DNA of 62,327 bases, the filler included, from Globobulimina sp. (taxonomy: Eukaryota): the NCBI GenBank assembly GCA_003354225.1. It is 37 parts of 37 records of this genome, joined end to end, with 100 filler letters (N's around TTAATTAATTAA, not from the genome) between each part and the next. Parts side by side here need not be neighbours in the genome. Positions count along the whole stretch, not along the records: positions 1 to 1,589 come from PIVH01014446.1; positions 1,690 to 3,278 come from PIVH01014447.1; positions 3,379 to 4,967 come from PIVH01014448.1; positions 5,068 to 6,656 come from PIVH01014449.1; positions 6,757 to 8,345 come from PIVH01014450.1; positions 8,446 to 10,033 come from PIVH01014451.1; positions 10,134 to 11,721 come from PIVH01014452.1; 30 more parts are not named here. One strand, written 5' to 3'. The notes under the pieces are model-generated. The model was not told where the DNA came from and ran no database searches. It was given only the letters and a program-made list of their open reading frames with translations. Positions within the stretch are counted from its first letter, which is position 1, and each line of letters begins with the position of its first letter. Below, piece after piece: positions 1 to 11,821 of this stretch. The position numbers were made by a program, and so were the translations under genes.

Positions 1-1589
1 AGATGACATGTGCTGCCTGGAAACAATCACAAAATGTCGAAAGGCATGCACCATTTCAGCGATCAGAGTCGCTGAAAGAATGTCAACAGCCTTTACTACT
101 CTAGTAACTGGTGCCACATAGACGGGTGCTAGACCGTTCAAAGAATGGAGATGACTATATAGTTGAAGGCTTATAATGCTGTCCTATTCCGAGGGACAAC
201 AAACAGCACTAACTTCTGTGGCAGTTTGAACACGTTTCCACAGAAGCTCGCACATAGCTCCTTCAACTACAATTGTGACTTTGACTTGACTTGGGTACCA
301 GTATCAGTGAAAAAGAAACAATACAAAATTACTTGTGTCTTGCGCGGTCTCAAGTTGTACGAATGGTTACATGTTACTGCCTCAAACTCTGGCTCATGAA
401 TGGACTGACCAGAGGAGGACATAGCGGTGCCATTAATAGTCAGCGCCATTAATAGCAACGCATCTCCCCTCTCCACTAGGGAAGTGTTCCTCTAACAACT
501 GGGAAACAAGGTTGCAATCTATTGACTCTCACATGGCATAGAGCTGCAGTGATTTATCAACTGATTGAACCAACATGACAACGCAGTTAAGTCCACATTG
601 GTATGCTTCATAATACCAGGCTTCATAGGAATTTCATCAACTATAAGCCAGGCGCATACTAATTCATGCGCCCAATGTCAATGTCGATAAACGGACACTG
701 TGGACACTATTTTAACTCCAGGACGTGAGAAACATGTCAACAAAGCGCGGTTAAAACGCTCCACTTTGGACTGTAAACGATGACTGGAAAACTGGCATTG
801 CATAGTTTACTTAATCTCACGCACGAGATCGGATATACAGTAAACCACCATGGGACTGTCATATCTTACTTGGGGAATTTATCTGCCCAATTAAATAAAA
901 CAGTTGCCATTTTAGGCGTTTGAGCTACTCAGTAACTTTTAGTTTCTAAGTATTCAATTAGAGGTAGAAAACATAATAATCTTTCTGTAGTTTAGACAAA
1001 TCTATTGTCTTGTCTACGCTTATAGCTAGATATACTATGTTCTATTAAATCACGATGGACCATTATGTACATGTCAGTACAAGATGGCGTCGGAAATTTG
1101 AGTTCAACTCAAACTTTGTGACAAATCGAGTTCTGTATCGACATAACAGCGGTTGGTGCTAGGCTTATCAGCTTCTCGCATCAACCATAATGTAAACAAA
1201 TCAATTCTGTCCGTAAACAAAACCAATAAAACTGCGCCTTTAAAGCTTTCAGTTGTTTCTTGAAAATAGAATAAGCATTTAAACTTCAACTCTATTCATC
1301 GTATGACACATTCAAACTGTGTATTTATACGCAAAAGTTTTGTCTGTCACTAAACTGCTTTTTGGACTGGTTCCAGTCATAGGTCATAGCCTTACAACTG
1401 TAACGTAAATTCAGCTAGTTTAGGATTTGAATGTACAGCAGATATAACCATAACACTATGGGATATACCTACATAGGTTCTAAAGCTTTAGAAACTGCAA
1501 AACTACGGCAGTGAGGCTATAACAGCACTGAATATTTTCAGTTTATCAGCTTTATTGCTTTTAGCAAACAACATGGATGGCATGTACAA

Positions 1590-1689
1590 NNNNNNNNNNN
1601 NNNNNNNNNNNNNNNNNNNNNNNNNNNNNNNNNTTAATTAATTAANNNNNNNNNNNNNNNNNNNNNNNNNNNNNNNNNNNNNNNNNNNN
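1590..1689. other. Artificial contig linker (first of 36): N44-TTAATTAATTAA-N44
   Basis: The same 100-nt spacer with stops in all six frames recurs about every 1.69 kb; flanking contigs shrink from 1589 to 1585 bp. Confidence 0.99.
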
Positions 1690-1763
1690 GTTGACAAATA
1701 ATTTGAAAACTTTTTCAAGTCCAAGTTTTTTTAGTTGGTTAACATAATTAAACTTAAAATAAA

Positions 1764-2711
1764 CTAACATGATCTCAACACAGTTTGCGTGGCATAAAAT
1801 TCTAAACTTCGCTCTCTGTCACTACATGCATGATATGTACAGTTTGTTTCGTATTTCCAAACATAAAGATAATAGTTTTGAATTATAGTCGCTTGTTGCT
1901 CCAAATCAAAATCGAAAAAGTGTTTCCCGTTTTCTATACAATCGGATAATGGACCATATTCATAATTGGATTGTTTAGGTGCTCCAATTCTAATTAATCT
2001 TTTTATGCCTTTGACACCACATAGCATTCCATTTTGATATTGCCAAACATGCGTTAGTTCGTGAAGCAAAACGGATTCTGGAAAGGTATAATTTGAATTA
2101 ATATTATGTATGGTCTGTCTGTTGGAATATGCAGCCACCGGGAAATCGACACTAGAAAAGAATGTTTGCACCAACCAAGATGAGGATATGTCGCGGATTT
2201 CGATTGGAGTGAAATCTAAATTGCATTTAAAAAATTCGTTTGCAATAATAAACGATTCATTGTATGGTAATGTCTTTATTGATATCGGAGTACTATACAA
2301 ATCTGGGAAAATTGTTAAATTTGGTACGACCATAGAACCCAACCATTCATACATCAAAAAAATGAACAAACATTGCGGAATTAATATACTCCATCGGATT
2401 ATCGTAAATCGTTTGCTATTTCTCCGAGAAGGACGGGAATAGCAAGGTCCAATTGTCAAAGCCGCCCATGCCATATAAATGAAGCAGGAAATAATTAATG
2501 ATATGAATATAAACCATATGACAAGTGCATCGCGTGAATAATAACCAGATACAAATCCGAATAGAAGTGTAAGTACAACAGATAACACTAATAAAATCAC
2601 AAAAGATATTACTTCCGTTATCAAACGGAGAGATCTCGAAACACATTTTTTATCATTTCGAATGTTTGAACTCGCTTCAACAGTTGTTTCAAGAGACAAA
2701 GTCATATGCAA
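1764..2711 (-). CDS. Membrane protein with C-terminal zincin (HExxH) metallopeptidase-like domain
   Basis: Three hydrophobic N-terminal segments, then LLHELTHVWQYQ and a downstream LEQQA (candidate third Zn ligand), resembling DUF4157-like peptidases. Confidence 0.6.
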   Translation of the reverse strand: MHMTLSLETTVEASSNIRNDKKCVSRSLRLITEVISFVILLVLSVVLTLLFGFVSGYYSRDALVIWFIFISLIISCFIYMAWAALTIGPCYSRPSRRNSKRFTIIRWSILIPQCLFIFLMYEWLGSMVVPNLTIFPDLYSTPISIKTLPYNESFIIANEFFKCNLDFTPIEIRDISSSWLVQTFFSSVDFPVAAYSNRQTIHNINSNYTFPESVLLHELTHVWQYQNGMLCGVKGIKRLIRIGAPKQSNYEYGPLSDCIENGKHFFDFDLEQQATIIQNYYLYVWKYETNCTYHACSDRERSLEFYATQTVLRSC

Positions 2712-2763
2712 AGACTCAAAAAAAAACTCTTTGTCAAAAACTCAAAAAACTTTAACCTTTACT

Positions 2764-3278
2764 TTATTTAAGATTTGGTCCTCTAAACATGGTAACTCTC
2801 CCATCATTGGCAATGTTTCTCAACGTAGCATCGGCGAGTTGATCATGATCAACTCCAAGCAATTGTAACCAAACAGAATGTTGCATCATTTCAGAAACCA
2901 ATAAAAATTGTGTTTTTGTTTTATTACATTGAAACCAACACGTTCGATCTGACCCTTTTTTATACAAAACACGCAAATCCTTAATAAAGTATTCCTTTTT
3001 ATATGGCTGGAAAAAGAAATCCAATTTCTCAATAATTAATTTCTCGCAATCCGGTGCTAGCCATCCTCGATTCACTTTATCCTTTACAGCACGGTACGAA
3101 AACAGTGGAAATATCGCTGAAGTACTCATATAAAAGGCAGCCAATATTAATTTAGGAAATAACTCCCAATCAGGAAAGCCATAAATGGATAAAGGAACAA
3201 ATAAGCAGCCGATAGTAAATGGTGTGTATGTATATAATCTCAAGTATGTGACCCATTGATCAGTGCCTTCTGCGTCAT
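2764..3278 (-). CDS. Hypothetical membrane protein, probably partial
   Basis: 159-aa ORF with two hydrophobic helices, starting near the contig edge; family not recognised. Confidence 0.4.
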
Positions 3279-3489
3279 NNNNNNNNNNNNNNNNNNNNNN
3301 NNNNNNNNNNNNNNNNNNNNNNTTAATTAATTAANNNNNNNNNNNNNNNNNNNNNNNNNNNNNNNNNNNNNNNNNNNNCGTCCGGGAATCGAACCCCATA
3401 CATTAAATGTTTTTTTTTACAGATTACACATGAAGACAAAACATAATAAAACATAAAAAAAACATCACAAATATTGCAAACCACGCAAC

Positions 3490-4690
3490 TCAAAATCCAG
3501 CCATTTTTAGTTGCATTCGTATCAAATCACTTTGTATGTCACCCATTACATGTTGTATTTGATTCGTATCTGTGCAAAGATATAATAAATATACGTATAA
3601 AACAACATTCTTCTACATACCAAGCGCAGAGGTTCTATGATAATGTGGTGATTTATGTGAGTTTTTTTCGAGCTTTTGATATTTTTCCAAAAATAGTTTA
3701 TAGACAAACTCACAAACTTCAAATGGGTCTCTAGGATCTTTATCATCTGGAAACGCTGGAAAATGGTCTTTTATCGTTGACTTAGTTTCATCGCTTAATT
3801 TCTCAACCAACAAATCTATATAATATATATTATATAATTATTTATATGATGCGATTTTGCGTATACATGTATAGTGTATACCGAACCATATTTATTGAAA
3901 AACAAAGTGACAGTCTTATTTCTCATAAATCCTTTTTGTAACACTCTGTCAAATAAATTAAGTGCTTCTGTTAGTCTCAATGTGGTGGCATCTTCAAAAC
4001 ACATTAAATCGTATTCAGAGATAGCAATAATATATACAACAGCATCAATATCGTCGTGCAACATCGTTATCCATTTCTTCCGTTCCGCTCTCTGACCGCC
4101 AACATCCATAAAAGTAAATATATGTTTGCTTCCTTTTGGTTTATTGTTTTCTTTTTCTATTTCAAACTCTAAATCTTTATATTCTCCCGCATCGTTTGTA
4201 TTGTTTGATGGTGTTGATGCCGATGCCGATGTTGATAATGATTTGAGTTTACTATTTCTATATATTTTTGATTCTCCATCAGCACCAAAATAGGTTACGA
4301 ATGATTCTTCATTGTATCCAGTTGTCCGCATACGTATTCTTAGGTAGTCGTCGAATGTAGGGATGTAGGGTTCAGCTGCAATATCATCCAATCGGTGATC
4401 AAAAAAATATGAAACATTGTCTGGAATTTGAAATTTTTCGCGTTGGTTTAATGTTTCTTGAATGCCTTGGTTTTTCCATAATAATTTCATATGATTTACC
4501 ATTTCTTGTGTAATGTCACACGGTGAGGACACATTCATCATAAATTGTCTCGATGCTTCAATCTCTTCACAAGAATATTCATCGGAAGCTGACAGTGATA
4601 TGTTTAATTTTAAACTCTGTTTACATAATATTTTCATATAAGTCATTATTTTTGCACGAATATATGGCGAATATGACTCAATTGTGTCTG
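3490..4690 (-). CDS. Heterotrimeric G-protein alpha subunit, 5'-truncated, two introns (3816-3886, 3570-3620)
   Basis: Switch I RMRTTG and G3 DVGGQRAER; GT-AG splicing restores G4 NKYD and G5 TSALD; ends LKMAGF-stop. Confidence 0.92.
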
Positions 4691-4759
4691 ATGGGCTTCA
4701 AGCTGCTGTCAGCGCTCAGCTTGATGCCCAAAGTCCGTGGAAGACACACACAGGTGTCA

Positions 4760-4967
4760 GGCTGACCCTCAGCCAGGAGGGTGCCATCATCCTGGAGCAG
4801 GCTTTTGAACAGGGCACCACCCCGGTGGGTGTTATCTACGACCTGAGATACACGGGCATGCGGCCCGCCCTGCGGGTGGAAATCAAGGCCGATCTGGAAC
4901 GGGTGTACACCCAGTTTTCGGCCAGCCTCGAGGCCCAGGTCTACTTCGTCAAAGCCGGCATCGACGC
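4760..4967 (+). CDS. GC-rich, bacterial-like hypothetical protein fragment (probable chimeric tail)
   Basis: Abrupt shift to high GC with G/C-ending codons (LTLSQEGAIILEQAFEQGTTPVGVIYDL...) where the G-alpha N-terminus should be. Confidence 0.55.
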
Positions 4968-5067
4968 NNNNNNNNNNNNNNNNNNNNNNNNNNNNNNNNN
5001 NNNNNNNNNNNTTAATTAATTAANNNNNNNNNNNNNNNNNNNNNNNNNNNNNNNNNNNNNNNNNNNN

Positions 5068-6322
5068 TGATGGTGTAATGTTATTGGAGATGAGCGAGAA
5101 AACAGAGGCATCGATTACCTCTGAAGCGCCTTTGCAACATCCAGTGCCTATAAAAGTACATTCTGTCTTAATGGGTTATATCGATCGATTGACCCCTTCG
5201 CAGGTATTATTATTAAAAACTGCATCAACAATATGCATGGGGCAAGGCTCCGGATCGGTTATTTTTGATTTGCAATCTATCAAAGATTGTTACCCGGTGA
5301 GTGATTATGTGGATTTGGTGGAGTCGGATTTAAAACATTTATCCAATGTAAATATTATCAATAGAATACCGTATGAGAATCTTAACTATGATATTTTTAG
5401 TGCTTCGCCAAATTTCTTTGCCCATAACCATCAATGGATGCATTCATCGACATTTATTTCGTCCATTTTAGATGTCTCGATCAGTAAATCAAATAATCCT
5501 ATTTTTACTCGCAAATTATTACATTTCTTCATTAATCGTTTAGTATTTTATCCATTCGATCCAGATCACGGTGTTTCGTGGCGAGTGAAGCAAATGATTG
5601 CTTTTAACGATCCCGCGAAACCAGTTCGAATTCGTAGAATTACCAAAGAAATATTAATGGTGGAAAATGATGAAATGACGGTGCAAATCCGTACTAAACC
5701 TGACCGCATCGACGATTTGCATTGCACTTTAGATGAATCTCTGAATCGTGGAATCATGACACATGGACAAGAAAAGGATACAACATATCCAATTCCAAGC
5801 AATTCAAACTCGCAGAATGATGATAATAAATTATATTCCTTTGCTTGTGGCTTTTTTCGTGATGTCATTTATGGATTAATGCTATTAAAACAACGACAAC
5901 AATTACATGACAATGCAGCTAAATTTTTAACCAAAAGATGGCAATCAAATAATAACAATGATGATGACGATAATACATCGTATGATCAGTCTGATGACAC
6001 AATGCCATTAAAAAATTCATATTGTGGTAACTTTACACAATTCCGATCAAATGTTTTAGCGCGACATAAAGATTTGGCATTGAAAGATGACACATTGCGA
6101 AGAATGGGCTCTTTCTATCAGGCGGCGCCGCAAGCAAAGTCAAACTCGCATAAAACAAAAAGGCTTCAAACAATTACTTCTTTTTACAAGAATATTCGAA
6201 CCAAAACACAGGATAAACATAGAATTGCTACATTGTCACCAAATTTTCGAAAATCTACAGCTCCATCAATATTCCAACGATTACGGCAGTCATTGGCAAA
6301 TGGAAAGACTGCTCCAGCATAA
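5068..6322 (+). CDS. C-terminal part of an ADCY10-like/STAND adenylate-cyclase-associated ATPase protein
   Basis: IDRLTPSQVLLLKTAS and FRDVIYGLMLLKQRQQLH match the post-ATPase helical motifs of cyclase-AAA proteins. Confidence 0.65.
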
Positions 6323-6756
6323 CGCAACAGAGTGACTGCCAATATACATATTTTTGTTAGTATGTTGTAATATTTTTTGTGTGAGGGTTTTGTTTCATTT
6401 AATAATTAATTTACGTACATTGAGTTTGAGGATATATAATTTTAACGTTTAGTTCTCTCACTTCTTCCTACTCTCTTTTTTTTATCATCGCATCACGGAG
6501 CAAATTATTTTAACCATGGGACGTTGTTTTGAACTTCGTTTTTAATTAAATTGTTAATGAAGTATTCAAATTTGTTAATAAAAAGACAAATCGCTCGTAG
6601 TCATAAGTTGGGATTTAGATCAATTGTGGTAATGATTAACATATCGTTGGAAAGCTNNNNNNNNNNNNNNNNNNNNNNNNNNNNNNNNNNNNNNNNNNNN
6701 TTAATTAATTAANNNNNNNNNNNNNNNNNNNNNNNNNNNNNNNNNNNNNNNNNNNN

Positions 6757-8345
6757 GCATGAACTGTATTAATTTCTGTAAATTTAAAATGTACGACATC
6801 TTGAGTATAAACATAATGTGCATTCTCAATATAAGGATATGGTTCAATTGTCCCATTATTGATAAATTCCTCACAATAAACAGCAATCCGACCCTCACCG
6901 CCAGCTGCAATCTTTAACGAATTATTTTTTGGTGAACCACCAGCATTAATCCTGCCATTATTCACGAATTTTTTACATCGGATTTTTATACTTCCCCCAG
7001 AACAGCCACCCGCAACATCATCGACCTCACTCTCCACATCATATCCACAGCAACTTATCACTCCATCGTTGATTATAGTTTCTGCGATCAATTCAATAAT
7101 ACCTCCGCCAGCAAAGCAATATTCTTGCTCAACATCAAAAAAATCACAGCCCGATGCTGAACCCAAATATAATACATTCAATTCCTTTGCACCATAAACA
7201 GTGCCACCATATGCTCTCCCTACAGAGTCTCCAAATGTGGCATGTCCACCTCCACCATAATGTATTTCATCGAATTCGTTCTGATTCATTCTGTTTTGTC
7301 CCACTGCCTTACCGCCAGTACCTATTCCATGCGGATAATAATAACCCACTGAATTACCAACTATTTGCCCTGTCTTTTGTATGGTTAATGACTTCCTGCA
7401 GTAAATCTGTAAAACACCATTATTATTTGTCGCATTATTCCATGGCAATATGTTCAATTTGCAGTTAACAAATAATGATTCCAATTCATACTGATATACA
7501 AATTGTGAATCATAAAACATTTGATAAAAATTGTTTTGATCTAATTTCAGTAATGTTTCCTCTTCCTCCTCAAGTATTTTTTCATCGTCATCCACGTCGC
7601 AAATCTCGTAATCAATCAACATTTCATTCTCCATCGAACCTTTAGCATCACCAACCTCTGTAAAACCAACCTCTTCCACATATTCGTTATACTCAATATA
7701 CGGAATGGGATAAAACGTCCCTTCATTCACAAATTCTTCACATTCAATGGCGATCCGACCATACCCTCCACCACCAATATTTTTCAACTTGTTTGCCTTT
7801 GCACCTTTTGCCAGAAAAATGCCTTTATTTATCAGCTGCTTACATTTTATCTTAATGCAACCTCCAGAACCACCTAAACAAAGCATATGCCCTTCTTTAC
7901 TCGTTTCATAACCATTGCAGGATACCACACCATAATTAATTATTCGTTCTGCAATCAATTCAATAATTCCGCCACCTCTTTCTGAGCCTTTTTCTAACTT
8001 TGTATCATACCCAGAGGGAGATCCTCGATACAAAATGTCTAAGCTTCGAGTACCGTATGATATGCCACCATTTGCCCTGCCCACATTACCATAACCACCA
8101 CCTCCGTAACCATCATCGTTGTATTGTCCTCTTCCTAGTCCAAAACCAAAGCAATACCCAACTGAATCAGCATTTATATGTCCTGTGTTCTGAATAATTA
8201 ATTGTTTCATACAATGAATCTGAATCACACCACCGGTATCATCAGTTTTATTCCATTTGGAAACATCCAAACGTGAGTTGACAACCAATGACTGGTTTAA
8301 ATTGTATTTATATATTGCTTGAGCCTTTGGATCGTGAAATATATG
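6757..8345 (-). CDS. Glycine-rich repeat protein, partial, two tandem modules
   Basis: The module GGG-IIELIAE-IIN-GV-SC-G...GGSGG-IKI-CK...GG-GRIA-CEEF-N-GT occurs twice. Confidence 0.7.
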
Positions 8346-8445
8346 NNNNNNNNNNNNNNNNNNNNNNNNNNNNNNNNNNNNNNNNNNNNTTAATTAATTA
8401 ANNNNNNNNNNNNNNNNNNNNNNNNNNNNNNNNNNNNNNNNNNNN

Positions 8446-8530
8446 CAGGACATGAGCCAGACATGAGCAGGACATGAGCCAGACATGGCCCAGCCTGGTA
8501 ATTCTGTCTGGTTCATATCTAGCTCATGTC
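8446..8530. repeat. Short tandem plus inverted repeat (GACATGAGCCAGACATG)
   Basis: CAGGACATGAGCCAGACATG twice, then the imperfect reverse complement CATATCTAGCTCATGTC. Confidence 0.6.
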
Positions 8531-8793
8531 TAGATATTATTGTGCCATCACAAACCAGCTCAAGATGATCCAAATGGATTAATGAATTCAGTTTAACTCT
8601 TTAAGAGTGTTATTGATTCAACAGTTGCATTAGTACATAACACATAATTTAGATGAAAGGTGTTTGTAATTTATCATTGAAAAATGCAGTCAAAGCTCAA
8701 AAAACAAAAACATGTTGACTGTAAAACATAATGGCAACTTTTATTTACTTGTGTTTATAGCGACGTTGAACATATATATTATAATATATACAG

Positions 8794-9450
8794 GATATGA
8801 AATCAATTGTGGCTACAACTTCACAATACTGTACCGCTGAGAATTATATTGAAGGTAAATGTGATTTACGTTTACAAAAAATTGGAGATAATTACCAAGC
8901 ATATAAACGTATGAATATGTCTGGAAATTGGAAAACAAACACTGGCTGCGCTGTTATTGAACATATTGAGGTATTGCCGCGGTATAAGTTTTGGATGGAC
9001 CAATGTAGTGACGCATTTGGCGGCGGATTTGATATTTGCACGGTCGATGTATTAGTATCGCTTCAGGATGAAAAGGAATATATACTTGAATTTAATGGGA
9101 CTGCCTCGGGGTTCGGTGATCAAGAAAAGGATAATATTATATTAAGGGATTATGTTATGACAAAATTGAATCAATATTTTGTTGATGGGAACAAGGCATT
9201 GAACCAAACCAAATATATGAATAATAATGATTTAGTGCGGGATATTAAAGACGAAGAGAAATATGATCAGGATAAATATATCACAAATAAGGAGAATGAG
9301 GATATGAAGGATAATAACGATGAGGAAGAGTTCAATGGACAACAACCCGAGAAACAAATTGCGAAAAATGAAGATAATTCCGATGCACAACAAACAATTG
9401 CAAATAATAATATTAATGAAAAACCGGATGAAACAGTATCTGATGATTAA
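8794..9450 (+). CDS. Synapsin-like ATP-grasp domain, last exon
   Basis: [47 protein letters not shown] closely matches the synapsin C domain; AG acceptor at 8792-8793. Confidence 0.88.
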   Translation, partial: [218 protein letters not shown]

Positions 9451-9592
9451 TGAGTTTCTTGTTTTTAATAAATAAATATGTCACTTGATATACTTTGAAA
9501 AGTGTTGCTAATGTTTTCAAGTGTTTGTGGTTTGAAAAGTCAGTCAGTTGAAAACATGGGTGCAAGGATGTAGGACTGCAAAATGAAAATCA

Positions 9593-9860
9593 TTACTTTC
9601 TTTTTCTTCTATTATTAGATCCACTCGATGTCGATGCAGATTGTTGTACAGATTGTTGTGCGTCTGGTGGTGGAGCATCCTCATTTTGTGCGTCAGCTAA
9701 CATTTGTTGCGGATCCATTCCTTCCATGAATTTTGGTAAAATGACAGTGGTTACCACCATGATCGCAATCATTATTCCTGGCCCAGATTTTAGAAAATTT
9801 AATGGATTCCATGGTTTTGGATCCTTTTTTGTTTTGTTTGGTTGATTGTGATGTGTGGAT
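9593..9860 (-). CDS. Probable ER membrane complex subunit 7 (EMC7) C-terminal exon
   Basis: PWNPLNFLKS-TM helix-LPKFMEGMDP and a basic tail resemble the EMC7 C-terminus. Confidence 0.55.
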
Positions 9861-10133
9861 ATAAGTGTTTTGTGCATAAAACTAAACTGGAATATATTTT
9901 GCAATTCTTGTGGGCATAATAATTAATTGCGGTGGCAACGCTTCTTTTCTTTTCTGATGGATATAGGTTCTTATTTTGCCATTACTACGCACATCAATCA
10001 AATAGGTATACCATTCATATCCATTTAAATGTANNNNNNNNNNNNNNNNNNNNNNNNNNNNNNNNNNNNNNNNNNNNTTAATTAATTAANNNNNNNNNNN
10101 NNNNNNNNNNNNNNNNNNNNNNNNNNNNNNNNN

Positions 10134-11640
10134 CGAATAGTGCCCAATTTAAGAATATTATCTTCTTCTTTTTCGTCATACTTTGGTTTAAATCTCAAAT
10201 ACCTCGTATTATTATTAAATGTGGAAGTAATTTGTTGCTTACCTTGATCATGAAGGTCTTCTTGTATTCCATCTACAATTTCTCCCAAAAATAGATTTTT
10301 ATTTCCGTCGACATTCGCCATCATTCTTTTCACAAATTCATATATTAAATATGAGCCATCCACAGCATTCATCTTTGCCTGAAAACCTTCGTTTGCCGCA
10401 TGAATTATTGAAAGCATATAATCCGGATTCTTTTGGTCCGATTTCCATAATTCGCGATCCTGTTGCTTTATTTCTATGTTTTCAACTTTATAATTTTTCC
10501 CCTGCTCTGTGCTTTCGCCATCATTCTGTTTTGATTCTGCTGGATATGAGCTCCTCTCTTGATCGCCATCACAACAATCAAACACAAAAACTCTTGCTAT
10601 CTGCCGAAGAACTGGGAAATTCGTAGTAAACATTCTATGAATGGAGGTTTTAGAAATTAACTGATAATCTGATGATATAATTGAATTTTTATAGCCATGA
10701 CCTGACAGCACAACAAATATGCCATCAAATGTTCCTGTTCCTGTACTTTCTGTACTGTTAATAATATTATCTGATAATTGTTGTGCGCGTTGTTCAATAA
10801 ATTCCAGGATTTCCTTTTCTGTCCATTCAAATTGTTCTTCTTCGGGATAGATTTTCCAATTTAATAAGTTGCATAATGTTGCAATATTTTTATAATCCCG
10901 ATCCACTCCGTTCAGATTGTTGCAATGCACATTAATTCCTGGATTTTCTGCTTCATCGTCATACCATTCAATACTTATTGCGATGACCATTGGATTATAG
11001 ATATCTTTGGCAAATTTAAGTCGTCGTGTTTTTTCATCTGAAAATCTTTTATAAAAATAATAAATACTGCCAAAGAGCATTAATATAAAGATAACTGATC
11101 CCAGCACAATGGCTACCTTTTTCCCATCAGATAATCGCTCCCAAAAACCTGCCATATCTGAGTTGGAATGTATCAATGCAAAATCATATGGTTCTGGCAC
11201 TGCTAAATCAATCATATTCGATTCAAATACAACATTAAATGTGGTATCCTCCGTTAGGCCATGTTGTAATTTAAAAAGTTTGCTACTGCAGTTGTCACAG
11301 TGATAGTCGTACACATCACACATTTGACAGATTTGTTGATCCTCAACAATACTGATCTTCATATTTTTGTGTATATCGGCTTGTTTTGATGTGATATTTA
11401 AGGAGAATGTAGTTCCATTCCTGGTGTTACAGTTTGGTGACATGCTATAACTGAATAGAATAAATGGCTCACCTTTGGTGCTGATTGAATTATTGTTTAT
11501 GAATGCTATCTCACAGCGTTCGAGTTTAATAGAAATGTAATTTGGACGCAGCAATGTATCATTATAATTGCCATTATATGTGGTATAAAATTTTAATTCA
11601 CTGATTGTATTATCCGGCAATGGAGTATCAGGAGGCAGGA
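10134..11640 (-). CDS. Single-pass membrane protein with caspase-fold (C14) peptidase domain, partial
   Basis: Cys/Asn-rich N-region, TM helix VAIVLGSVIFILMLFGSIYYFY-KR, then GVDRD, VVLSGHG, FVFDCCDG and GSYLI caspase-like motifs. Confidence 0.8.
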
Positions 11641-11821
11641 AGGCTACGCCGTCAGACCGCCGCACGCATCGAGGTGCCGCCGAACCGGATCACGGAGCTC
11701 GCTTCGGAAGGAGAGGGGGAGNNNNNNNNNNNNNNNNNNNNNNNNNNNNNNNNNNNNNNNNNNNNTTAATTAATTAANNNNNNNNNNNNNNNNNNNNNNN
11801 NNNNNNNNNNNNNNNNNNNNN

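Noticed and set aside
1-1589. Short ORFs in contig 1, one containing YNLRPR as in some retroelements
   Set aside because: No ORF over 80 aa and no supporting RT, integrase or gag motif.
3379-3398. tRNA T-arm/B-box-like GGGGTTCGATTCCCGGACG on the minus strand
   Set aside because: Only about 20 nt at a contig edge; the adjacent sequence does not form the rest of a cloverleaf.
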